Source: Gammaproteobacteria bacterium (GTDB taxonomy: Bacteria; Pseudomonadota; Gammaproteobacteria; Eutrophobiales; Eutrophobiaceae). Taken from it: a DNA stretch of 64,000 nt. Shown one piece after another: positions 1 through 8,920 of this stretch. The stretch is from positions 3,808,001 to 3,872,000 of the forward strand of contig OZ220696.1 of the NCBI GenBank assembly GCA_965116495.1, written 5' to 3'. Made by a program: the position numbers and the translations under genes. Under the pieces are notes generated by a model that was not told the origin of the DNA, made no database searches, and saw only the letters and a list, made by a program, of their open reading frames with translations. The first letter of the stretch is position 1, and each line of letters starts with the position of its first letter.

Positions 1-139
1 GTTAGGTTCGGATGACAACTTTATACATATTAATGAGGAGATTAGAATTAATCTGCGTCCGAAGTATGGTACTTTTGCTTTTATCTCCAAAAAGGTATCA
101 AACAGAATCAACAACTTAGGCTCTTGAAAGCACGATACT

Positions 140-802
140 TTGTTGTATATTCACAACACCGTGATGGATTTTCTTGATTTTCGCCTGATTGTTAATACTG
201 CTATAGGTACTGCTATTGGCGGGGTTGTTGCTACTTTTTTGTTTCTTCCAATTGTGATTGCTTGGCTTAAGACAGCATCAAATTGGAGCGGGTGGAAAAG
301 AATAACTGTGGTTTTTGGCCCTGTCGCCGTTATTGTTTTATTTATTACATTTCTATTTTTGATTAAATATTTGGAATTGGCTGCGCAAGATAGTTTTGCG
401 TTTTCGTGCCCTAAAGAATGTGTGCTGGATGAAATAACAGTTGTCAATAAATGTAATAGAACAGGAAATTTGTACGCCAACCCAGAAACGAGAATAAAAA
501 TGTTAAGCGATAAGGAAATTTATTCTATGTTGCCTGGAAATCCGCCTGAGCCAAGGTATTTTTATCATGGTTTCTATCGGAAAGAGTCCCCATACCCATC
601 TGCTATAACAGATTTAGCCAGACAAACATTTTTTGGTTGTATCAAAAAATCTGGTTACGTACCTCATGAGTGTGCAGCAGGCAAGCTTTGTTACAAAATA
701 ATATCTACGTCATTTTTTGATAATGAACTGGGATTACCTATGACAGGACGTATAAACGGAATAAGTATGGTACGCGTTGAACCTTCAACGGAAATTGATT
801 AA
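140..802 (+). CDS. Hypothetical membrane protein, AT-rich
   Basis: 220-aa ORF with two N-terminal hydrophobic segments and a Cys-containing C-terminal domain; visibly AT-richer than the rest of the window; start uncertain. Confidence 0.55.
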   Translation: MLYIHNTVMDFLDFRLIVNTAIGTAIGGVVATFLFLPIVIAWLKTASNWSGWKRITVVFGPVAVIVLFITFLFLIKYLELAAQDSFAFSCPKECVLDEITVVNKCNRTGNLYANPETRIKMLSDKEIYSMLPGNPPEPRYFYHGFYRKESPYPSAITDLARQTFFGCIKKSGYVPHECAAGKLCYKIISTSFFDNELGLPMTGRINGISMVRVEPSTEID

Positions 803-841
803 TCCGATTAATTCTCTTTTGCTCAGTTAGAAGTATTATTC

Positions 842-1891
842 GTGAATATTCCGAATAATGAGGGTATGGCGTGCGACGCCGTGATACGGCATCTTGAGAA
901 ATGGACCGACGAGACACGCACCGAAATTCGTCATCCCGAATCAGACGGTGTCGGTCCGCCCGTTGAACTGCGCCTGCAACTGGGCAATCAAAACTACGCG
1001 ATTGAGCACACGCGCGTTGAGTCGTTTGATAACCAGATCAAGGCCGGCATCTCAATCAGAGAAATAAAGAACTATATCAAGGAGCAGTTTACGGACCCCT
1101 TGCCGGGACCGGTTTACTACGAATTGCAGGTGCCGATGGATGTCTGCCTCCCTGAAAAGAGGAAAGATAGAGAGCGGATGTTAAGCACTCTTGACATGTG
1201 GATTAGAGAGGGTGCGCATTGTATGCATGGGAGGAACACAGACCTTTTTAGACCCCTGTTCGCACCCAATCGTAGCAAAGTCTGGCACGATGACTGCGTT
1301 ACCGGCACACCGCTGGGTACTGCTTATGAAATCAAATTGGTGCGGACAAAACTCTGGCCGCCTGATATACATACAGCAGGGCGCAAGCCGGGGACTATTG
1401 TGCTGTGGTACAACTACCTCGATGAAGATGAAAGAAGCCATCGTTATTTCAGGCGGCTGCAACGGGCGTTTGACAAAAAGTGCCCGAAACTCAAACGTTG
1501 CAAGGTCGAAGGCGCCCGAACGGTACTGATACTGGAGGCCGTCGATTCCATCGTCACGCTCACCGACCAGATAGGTCGCCATCTTCCAGCATTACTGGAC
1601 GGACAGAAGGATGCGCCGGACGATATTTATCTGGTAAGTCCCAGTGACTCTCTGTGGTGGGTGTATCCGGTAAAACATGATGACGACCATTGGCCTGACG
1701 TGGGGATGCCGCCGCCGGGACAATCCATCTACGAGGAAGGCATATCACCGACGGCAGGCATGCCGAAATGGTACAGGGATGGACTCGGGTTGGATGATTT
1801 GTATGTGACTATGCCGCGGAAGTGGTACCCGGGCACCTTCGACCAACATGAACTGGATGACCTGACACAGGACCAGGCTTCAGAGATGTGA
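842..1891 (+). CDS. Hypothetical protein, possible restriction-endonuclease-like fold
   Basis: 349-aa ORF; N-terminal HPESD...PVEL...YAIEHTRVE resembles PD-(D/E)xK-like spacing; function not established. Confidence 0.6.
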   Translation: MNIPNNEGMACDAVIRHLEKWTDETRTEIRHPESDGVGPPVELRLQLGNQNYAIEHTRVESFDNQIKAGISIREIKNYIKEQFTDPLPGPVYYELQVPMDVCLPEKRKDRERMLSTLDMWIREGAHCMHGRNTDLFRPLFAPNRSKVWHDDCVTGTPLGTAYEIKLVRTKLWPPDIHTAGRKPGTIVLWYNYLDEDERSHRYFRRLQRAFDKKCPKLKRCKVEGARTVLILEAVDSIVTLTDQIGRHLPALLDGQKDAPDDIYLVSPSDSLWWVYPVKHDDDHWPDVGMPPPGQSIYEEGISPTAGMPKWYRDGLGLDDLYVTMPRKWYPGTFDQHELDDLTQDQASEM

Positions 1892-1979
1892 TGTCGAAAT
1901 TGAGTGATACTGATTGGATTAGGACGACACCATGAGTGTCTCGAAAAGCATTGCGACCGACTTCATCGTTGGAGATTAG

Positions 1980-2096
1980 GAATGCCCGAGAAAGTAATAC
2001 ACCAGTGCTGACGTTGCAGCGGGCGAGGTAACGTTGGAACACGCACCTCCCGCATCGCTCAAAGAATCACCCCTCTGCTTGACATGCTTTCCAAAG
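1980..2096 (+). pseudogene. HNH-endonuclease-like fragment
   Basis: Frame from 1980 reads ECPRK*YTSADVAAGEVTLEHAPPASLKESPLCLTCF; TLEHxPP...CLTC is HNH-like; internal stop and truncated. Confidence 0.4.
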
Positions 2097-2100
2097 ACAA

Positions 2101-2295
2101 GAAAACGTGATGTCCGAAGGGCACAACCCACCCATCGGCATCCTTCTCTGCATACAGCGTGATCATACGCTGGTAGACTATGCGCTGGCCCGGATGGACA
2201 ACAGCCTTTTTGTTTCCAAATACCAGCTAGAGCTTCCAAATAAGGAAGAAATGCAGCGGTTTATCGAGGTACGGGGGCGGGAAACGGGATCATGA
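2101..2295 (+). pseudogene. DUF1016/YhcG-family nuclease C-terminal fragment
   Basis: EGHNPPIGILLC...LVDYAL...LFVSKYQLELP is the typical YhcG C-terminus; N-terminal part absent. Confidence 0.75.
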
Positions 2296-2380
2296 AACCG
2301 TTAACTGGATCGCAAATTGCTATCATCCACCTGAGAGTGACCAAGTCAGCAACAGTTCTTGAGACCTGCACGGAGCAAAT

Positions 2381-2479
2381 ATGGGAAAGATTGAGAATTT
2401 TGAAGATATCGAAGCTTGGAAGAAGGCGCGGGAACTGGCCAGGCAAGAGCAACTGAAGCTGACCGGAGGCAACAAATGA
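2381..2479 (+). pseudogene. Four-helix-bundle protein N-terminal fragment
   Basis: [21 protein letters not shown], only 32 codons; its TGA overlaps the hsdM ATG (ATGA). Confidence 0.65.
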
Positions 2480-4026
2480 GCAAGAACAACAATAGTGCCA
2501 ATCTCGGCTTTGAGAACCAGATGTGGGCAGCTGCAGACAAGCTCCGGGGGCATATGGACGCCTCTGAGTATAAGCACGTGGTTCTCGGTTTGATTTTTCT
2601 GAAATACATCTCTGACGCTTTCCAGGCCAAGTACAAGCAGCTTGAGGCCATGAAGGATACCGAATACACCGACCCGGAAGACCGAGACGAATACTCGGCA
2701 GCCAACATCTTCTGGGTGCCGAAGGAAGCCCGCTGGGCCAAACTGCAGGCGAGCGCCAAACAAACGACTATCGGCAAGCTCGTTGATGATGCGATGGTGG
2801 CCATTGAAAAAGAGAATCCGACGCTTAAAGGCGTTCTCCCCAAGGACTATGCGCGCCCGGCCTTGGACAAACACCGTTTGGGTGAGCTCATCGATATCAT
2901 CAGCAAGATCGGGCTTGGGGATGATGAATCCAGGTCGAAAGATATTCTTGGTCGGGTCTATGAGTATTTCCTCGGGCGTTTTGCCGCAGCGGAAGGAAAA
3001 GGCGGCGGCGAGTTTTACACGCCTCAGTGCGTGGTCAAACTGCTCGTCAGAATGATCGAGCCCTATAAAGGCCGCGTGTATGACCCGTGCTGCGGCTCTG
3101 GCGGCATGTTTGTCCAGAGTGAGCATTTTGTTGAAGAGCGCGGCGGACGCCTGGGCGACATCGCCATCTATGGCCAGGAGTCCAACTCCACTACCTGGCG
3201 GCTAGCCATGATGAACCTTGCCATCAGAGGGCTTGATGCCAATGTTGGAGGTCAGCATGCAGACAGCTTCCACAACGACCTGCACAAAGACCTGCGCGCC
3301 GATTTCATCCTCGCCAATCCGCCTTTTAACATGAGCGACTGGGGCGGCGAACGCCTTCGGGAAGACGCCCGCTGGAAATACGGCATCCCGCCGGTGAACA
3401 ACGCCAACTACGCCTGGATTCAACATTTCATCCATCACCTGTCGCCTACGGGTGTTGCCGGTTTTGTCATGGCCAACGGCTCCATGTCCACCAATACCAC
3501 CAGCGAGGGAGAAATTCGCAAGAACATCATTGAGGCTGACTTGGTGGACTGCATGATTGCGTTACCCGGACAGCTCTTTTACACGACGCAGATTCCGGTG
3601 TGCCTCTGGTTCGTAGCCCGGAACAAGAAGAACGGCAAGTTCCGCAACAGGCGCGGCCACACGCTTTTCATTGATGCGCGCAAACTCGGCGCCCTCGTTG
3701 ATCGAACCCACAAGGATTTTTCCGAAGAAGAGATCGACAACGTCGTAACCACCTACCATGCCTGGCGGGGCGAAAAGAATGCCGGTGAGTATAACGATGT
3801 GCCAGGCTTCTGCAAGAGCGCCAGTACCGGGGAAATCAAGGAACATGGTTACGTGTTGACCCCTGGTCGCTATGTGGGCGTTGCTGAGATCGAGGACGAC
3901 GGCATTCCATTCGAGGAGAAGATGGCCGGACTTTCAGCCACGTTATACGAACAGTTTGCCGAAGCCGACAGGCTCGAAGCCGTCATCAGGAAGAACCTGG
4001 AGGTCTTGGGGTGTGGGGTGGAATAG
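2476..4026 (+). CDS. hsdM: Type I R-M methyltransferase subunit M (m6A)
   Basis: [10 protein letters not shown]-terminus, DPCCGSGGM (motif I), NPPF (motif IV); GGAGG upstream of ATG 2476. Confidence 0.97.
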   Translation: MSKNNNSANLGFENQMWAAADKLRGHMDASEYKHVVLGLIFLKYISDAFQAKYKQLEAMKDTEYTDPEDRDEYSAANIFWVPKEARWAKLQASAKQTTIGKLVDDAMVAIEKENPTLKGVLPKDYARPALDKHRLGELIDIISKIGLGDDESRSKDILGRVYEYFLGRFAAAEGKGGGEFYTPQCVVKLLVRMIEPYKGRVYDPCCGSGGMFVQSEHFVEERGGRLGDIAIYGQESNSTTWRLAMMNLAIRGLDANVGGQHADSFHNDLHKDLRADFILANPPFNMSDWGGERLREDARWKYGIPPVNNANYAWIQHFIHHLSPTGVAGFVMANGSMSTNTTSEGEIRKNIIEADLVDCMIALPGQLFYTTQIPVCLWFVARNKKNGKFRNRRGHTLFIDARKLGALVDRTHKDFSEEEIDNVVTTYHAWRGEKNAGEYNDVPGFCKSASTGEIKEHGYVLTPGRYVGVAEIEDDGIPFEEKMAGLSATLYEQFAEADRLEAVIRKNLEVLGCGVE

Positions 4027-4239
4027 ATGACGGTTCGAGTATCCATCAGTTCGGTACAGAAAGAGCTTGAACCGGAGCGGCTCGCATTGTTCTCGTTATT
4101 GACCACCGATCCGACGTTAAAGGGTTATATTGAACCCATTCTCTTCGAACAGCTTTTCTCGCCCGTGGGCAGGGCGAACCGACCGATAATCGACCGACGA
4201 AACGGAAAAAATGACCGAACTTTCAGCCACGTTGTATAA
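4027..4239 (+). pseudogene. DUF4062-like N-terminal fragment
   Basis: MTVRVSISSVQKELEPERLAL...PILFE resembles the DUF4062 start (VFISSVQKE); runs into the hsdM relic. Confidence 0.55.
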
Positions 4240-4312
4240 GCAGTTTGCCGAACCTGCTCAACTCGGAGCCAGCATACAAAAGAATTTGGGGTCGATGGGC
4301 TATGGCGAGTGA
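4205..4312 (+). pseudogene. Diverged duplicate of hsdM 3' end
   Basis: EKMTELSATLYKQFAEPAQLGASIQKNLGSMGYGE* versus [36 protein letters not shown] at 3916-4026; its stop lies inside the hsdS start. Confidence 0.85.
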
Positions 4313-5543
4313 TTGGCAGGAATACAAGCTCGCGGACCTCTGCGAGTCGATTGATTATGGATTCACTACATCGGCCAAAGACGAGCCTGTAGGGCCGAAG
4401 TTCCTTCGTATTACCGATATTGTGACCGGTCATATTGACTGGAATGATGTGCCTTACTGCGAGAGTGACCAAGCTAATACTAAACAGTACCTTGTCCATG
4501 ACAAAGACATTGTTATCGCTCGAACAGGCGCAAGTACCGGGAGCAGTATTTTTATATCTTCTCCCCCAGAAGCAGTGTTTGCTTCGTATCTGGTACGTCT
4601 GAAGATTTCTGATAAGGCTCATTCTCGGTTTATCTCTTATTTTCTGAAATCTCCAGAGTTCTGGGCTTATATGCAGGGCGTATTGGGTGACAAATCTGCA
4701 CAACCCAATGCTAGCGCTAAGACAATGACCCAGGTCAAACTGAAATTACCACCAAATAATGAACAACAGGCCATTGCTCATATCCTCGGATCGCTGGACG
4801 ACAAAATTGAATTGAACCGCCGGATGAACGAAACGTTGGAGGCCACTGCCCGGGCAACTTTCAAGTCCTGGTTCGTGGATTTCGATCCGGTGCGAGCCAA
4901 AGCAGAAGGCGGTGACACCGGCTTGCCGGAAGATGTGGCCGCGCTCTTTCCCGACAGTTTCGAGAACTCGGAGCTTGGGGAGATTCCGGCGGGGTGGTAT
5001 GTCAAGACAATTGGAGATGTGGCTGAGTTTGCCTATGGAAAGGCCTTAAAGGCATCCGATAGAAAACTCGGCGACGTACCGGTATTTGGTTCCAATGGAC
5101 AAGTGGGACTACACAATGAAGTCTTTGTCAAAGGACCAGGAATCGTTGTCGGACGAAAAGGCAATCCAGGAATCGTCACATGGTCATATGAGGATTTTTT
5201 CCCAATTGACACAACCTTCTATGTCAAGAAAACAGGAGTTGTTTCAAGCCTGCACTATCTTTTCTATGCTCTAAAATATCAAGATTTACCGAGTTTAAGC
5301 GCAGATTCCGCCGTTCCTGGGTTGAACCGAAATTTAGCATATATGAGTAAGTTCTTAGTGCCTCCTGAAAAGGTCTTGAAGGTTTTAGATGGACAGATTT
5401 ATCCATTATTTCAAACGATCTACACAAATGAAAAAGAAATAATAACCCTCGCTTCTCTCCGCGATATCTTCCTGCCCAAACTCATTTCCGGCGAGTTGCG
5501 TGTCCCGGATGCCGAGAAATTCGTTGAGGAGGCCGGGATATGA
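4302..5543 (+). CDS. hsdS: Type I R-M specificity subunit S
   Basis: Two TRDs; conserved EQQAIAHILGSLDDKIELN, FKSWFVDFDPV, ELGEIPAGW and LRDIFLPKLISGELRV. Confidence 0.96.
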   Translation: MASDWQEYKLADLCESIDYGFTTSAKDEPVGPKFLRITDIVTGHIDWNDVPYCESDQANTKQYLVHDKDIVIARTGASTGSSIFISSPPEAVFASYLVRLKISDKAHSRFISYFLKSPEFWAYMQGVLGDKSAQPNASAKTMTQVKLKLPPNNEQQAIAHILGSLDDKIELNRRMNETLEATARATFKSWFVDFDPVRAKAEGGDTGLPEDVAALFPDSFENSELGEIPAGWYVKTIGDVAEFAYGKALKASDRKLGDVPVFGSNGQVGLHNEVFVKGPGIVVGRKGNPGIVTWSYEDFFPIDTTFYVKKTGVVSSLHYLFYALKYQDLPSLSADSAVPGLNRNLAYMSKFLVPPEKVLKVLDGQIYPLFQTIYTNEKEIITLASLRDIFLPKLISGELRVPDAEKFVEEAGI

Positions 5544-7837
5544 TAGAAAAATTCATTTCAATAAAGAACATCGGGCGGTTTCGAGATTGCAGTCCTCGTG
5601 GGGATGTGTCCTTACGGAAGTTGACCTTGCTTTTTGCCGAGAACGGACGAGGCAAGACGACGCTTTGCGCGATCTTCCGTTCGCTCCAAACCGGCTTGTC
5701 TCAATACATTTCCGAACGGCAAACATTGGGAGCGACAGATTCGGCATCCGTCCAAGTACGACTTGACGGTAATACTTACGCTTTTGCGACCGATGGGTGG
5801 TCGTCCACTCACTCGGACATTATCGTATTTGATTCGGTCTTTGTTCATGACAATGTGTACGCTGGTGATTATGTAGAGCACGAACACAAGAAGAATCTCT
5901 ACCGTGTAGTCGTCGGTGCCCAAGGCGTTCAACTCGCACGGAAGGTTGAAGACTTGGACGGCAAGATTCGTGATGTCAATACCGACATCAACACAAAAAA
6001 AAGCGTTGCATCAAATACTCTCCCGAATGGAACGACGCTCGAGGATTATCTTTCCTGGCAACCTGTCGAAGATGTTGAAACCAAGATAAGTCAGAAGAGT
6101 AGCGAAGTAGCCAATCGTCAGCGCGCTTTGGACAAGGCGACAGAAATACAATCCAAAGGCCTGCTTTCGAAGATTGGCCTGCCCGCTCTTCCTGCCGATT
6201 GCTTGGACATTCTATCCAAACAGTTAACCGATATAATTGCTGATGCTGGGGCGCGCATCCGACGGCAAATCGAAGATCACAGCATGGGGAACCAAGGCGA
6301 AACATGGCTATCTCAGGGATTGGGCTTTGTTGCCGAAGACAAATGCCCCTTTTGCGGGCAAGGAATCACGACCAACGAACTGATTGCCGCCTACAACTCG
6401 CATTTCAACACCGCCTATGCGGAATTGAAGCAGGAAGTTGCAGCCCTTTCTCAGCGAGTATCCAGTGCGGTCGGGGAAACCTCTCTCAACACTCCTCAGC
6501 AAACGTACTCAAGCAACCAGACGCTCGTCGAATTCTGGAAGCAATTTACCGAAATTGCTGTGCCCTCCCTCGACTTCGAGGATGTCCGCATAAAGTACAC
6601 AACGCTTCACGATCTTGCCTCAATGCTGGCTGAAACAAAGCAGCAATCGCCAACGGAGCCCATTCTGCCGGGTGACGATTTCCAGGCCGTGCTTGGTGCT
6701 GTGACTGCCCTTCAATCCTCAGTCGAGGTTTACAATGCCGCAGTGGAAACGGCAAATACTCTCATCAACGAGCAGAAAGCATCAGTGCAGCAAGGCGCTG
6801 ACATAAACGTTCTCAAAAGTGAACTGGCCGACTTGGTGGCTAAGAAAGAGCGCTTCGAGTCGGATGTTGTGCAGGCATGCAAACACTACCAAGATGCGGT
6901 AAAAGCGAAGACCTCTCTTGAACAGCAAAAAACGGCGGCCAAGGAACAGCTCGACCAACACTGCGAGCAGATTCTTCAAACCTGCCAATCGTCCATAAAC
7001 ACATACCTGGACCAGTTTAATGCTGGATTCAGAATCACGAACTCACGGCATCGATATACCGGTGGAACACCCAGCTCTCATTACCAGATTGAAATAAATA
7101 ACAATGCAGTTGACCTTGGCGATTCACGAACACAACCGGGCACACCAAGCTTCAAGACAACTCTGAGTTCGGGAGACCGAAGCGCTTTAGCCCTTGCTTT
7201 TTTTCTTGCGGTGTTGAAGCAGGATGCGGAAATCGAAAACAAGATTGTCGTCTTCGATGATCCATTCACCAGTCAGGATCGCTTTCGCCGCACATGTACG
7301 CAGCAGCTGATTCGCCAAATGGCAGACACGGCCCAACAGGTTATCGTTCTCTCACATGATCCGTCATTCCTGAAATCCATCTGGGAAGGTTACGCAACCG
7401 CAGACATCAAAACTCTGCAAATGTGCAGGACTGGAGATAATACGATCATCGGCGAGTGGGATATTGAAGCGGAAACGAAGTCAACTTACTTGAAGAACTA
7501 CTCCGCGCTTCTTGATTTCTATCGGGAATGGAAAGGTGTACCGTTGGATGTTGCGCGCTCAATCCGTCCCTTCATTGAAGGGTTGCTACGTGCTCGTTTC
7601 CCCGGACACTTTCAACCAAACGAATGGCTTGGTGATTTCATTGTCAAAATCCGGAACGCAAGCAATACCGATGGACTGTCTCCCGCCCAAGCTGATCTAT
7701 CGGAAATCGAAGCGATCAACGATTATTCCAAAAAATACCACCATGATCAGAATCCAAGTGCAGCTTCTGAAACTTTGTCAGAAGACGAATTGCATGGCTT
7801 TGTAAAACGAACACTAAACTTAGCAGGGGATTGTTGA
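5540..7837 (+). CDS. RloC-like (AAA_13) Rad50/SMC-type ABC ATPase
   Basis: Walker A AENGRGKTT, CPFC zinc hook within coiled coil, signature LSSGD, Walker B VVFDDP, H-loop VLSHD, helical C-terminal domain. Confidence 0.85.
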   Translation: MIEKFISIKNIGRFRDCSPRGDVSLRKLTLLFAENGRGKTTLCAIFRSLQTGLSQYISERQTLGATDSASVQVRLDGNTYAFATDGWSSTHSDIIVFDSVFVHDNVYAGDYVEHEHKKNLYRVVVGAQGVQLARKVEDLDGKIRDVNTDINTKKSVASNTLPNGTTLEDYLSWQPVEDVETKISQKSSEVANRQRALDKATEIQSKGLLSKIGLPALPADCLDILSKQLTDIIADAGARIRRQIEDHSMGNQGETWLSQGLGFVAEDKCPFCGQGITTNELIAAYNSHFNTAYAELKQEVAALSQRVSSAVGETSLNTPQQTYSSNQTLVEFWKQFTEIAVPSLDFEDVRIKYTTLHDLASMLAETKQQSPTEPILPGDDFQAVLGAVTALQSSVEVYNAAVETANTLINEQKASVQQGADINVLKSELADLVAKKERFESDVVQACKHYQDAVKAKTSLEQQKTAAKEQLDQHCEQILQTCQSSINTYLDQFNAGFRITNSRHRYTGGTPSSHYQIEINNNAVDLGDSRTQPGTPSFKTTLSSGDRSALALAFFLAVLKQDAEIENKIVVFDDPFTSQDRFRRTCTQQLIRQMADTAQQVIVLSHDPSFLKSIWEGYATADIKTLQMCRTGDNTIIGEWDIEAETKSTYLKNYSALLDFYREWKGVPLDVARSIRPFIEGLLRARFPGHFQPNEWLGDFIVKIRNASNTDGLSPAQADLSEIEAINDYSKKYHHDQNPSAASETLSEDELHGFVKRTLNLAGDC

Positions 7838-7912
7838 AATGATTAAGACCTCCGAAACCATTCTTGACTGGATTGTTAAGGAGCTGGCACATCGCATCCC
7901 TGGGTGAGAAGT

Positions 7913-8920
7913 ATGAAGCAAAACAACGAAATCATCCTTTACAGCACCCCGGACGGTGACAAGAAAGTCGGTGTATTGTTTCACGATGAGAATTTCTGGC
8001 TGACCCAGAAGGTCTTGGCTGAGCTATTCAATGTAAAGATACCTGCAGTCAGTAAACATCTTAAAAATATCTTTGAATCCGGTGAACTGATTGAGGATTC
8101 AGTTATTTCCATTTTGGAAACAACTGCTGTCGATGGCAAAAACTATAAAACCAAATATTACAACCTCGATGCCATCATTGCCGTTGGATACCGGGTTAAC
8201 AGCTACCAGGCCACCCAATTCCGTATTTGGGCAACCAAAACTCTGAAAGAATTCATCATCAAGGGTTTTGTGCTGGATGATGAACGGCTCAAACAGGGAA
8301 AGCACTTCGGCAAGGATTATTTCGATGAGCTTCTGGAACGGATTCGGGAAATCCGGGCCAGTGAGAGGCGGTTTTATCAAAAGATCACCGATATTTATGC
8401 GCTTTCAGCGGATTATGATCGGGACGCTCCGATGACCCATGAATTTTTCGCTACCGTTCAGAACAAACTGCACTGGGCCATTACCGGAAAGACCGCGGCG
8501 GAAATCATCTACGAAGCGGCGGATGCAGAAAAAATGCACATGGGGCTTACAAGCTGGAAGCAGGCGCCTGACGGGAAAATTCTGAAATCGGATATCTCTG
8601 TTGCCAAAAACTATTTGAGCGAGGCTCACATCAGAGAATTAAACCGGATTGTGACCGCCTACCTCGACCTTGCCGAAAATCGGGCTGAGCGGCAGATTCT
8701 CATGAGGATGGAAAACTGGGTTCAGTTTCTGCACAGTTTTTTGGAGCTTTCCAACTACCCGATTCTTAAAGACAAGGGAAAAGTAAGCGCGCTCGATGCG
8801 AGATTGAAGGCCGAACAGGAATACGAAACATATAGGAAGCAACAGGACCGGGACTATATTTCCGACTTTGACCGGGAAATTAAGCGCGTTCAGGGCACGC
8901 AAGGGGAGGACTTTGAATAA
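7913..8920 (+). CDS. RhuM-family protein
   Basis: [56 protein letters not shown] motifs. Confidence 0.92.
   Translation: MKQNNEIILYSTPDGDKKVGVLFHDENFWLTQKVLAELFNVKIPAVSKHLKNIFESGELIEDSVISILETTAVDGKNYKTKYYNLDAIIAVGYRVNSYQATQFRIWATKTLKEFIIKGFVLDDERLKQGKHFGKDYFDELLERIREIRASERRFYQKITDIYALSADYDRDAPMTHEFFATVQNKLHWAITGKTAAEIIYEAADAEKMHMGLTSWKQAPDGKILKSDISVAKNYLSEAHIRELNRIVTAYLDLAENRAERQILMRMENWVQFLHSFLELSNYPILKDKGKVSALDARLKAEQEYETYRKQQDRDYISDFDREIKRVQGTQGEDFE

Noticed and set aside
18-118. dif-like ACTTTATACATATTAATG and an att-arm-like AATCAACAACTTA
   Set aside because: Poor match to XerC/XerD boxes; no integrase, tRNA or partner repeat in the window
140-2300. Integron cassette array
   Set aside because: No attC-like sites with RYYYAAC/GTTRRRY cores recognised between ORFs; no intI
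4302-5543. hsdS shufflon/phase variation
   Set aside because: Single hsdS; no extra TRDs, flanking inverted repeats or invertase seen
7839-7907. 22-codon ORF MIKTSETILDWIVKELAHRIPG between the ATPase and RhuM genes
   Set aside because: Too short and no recognisable family
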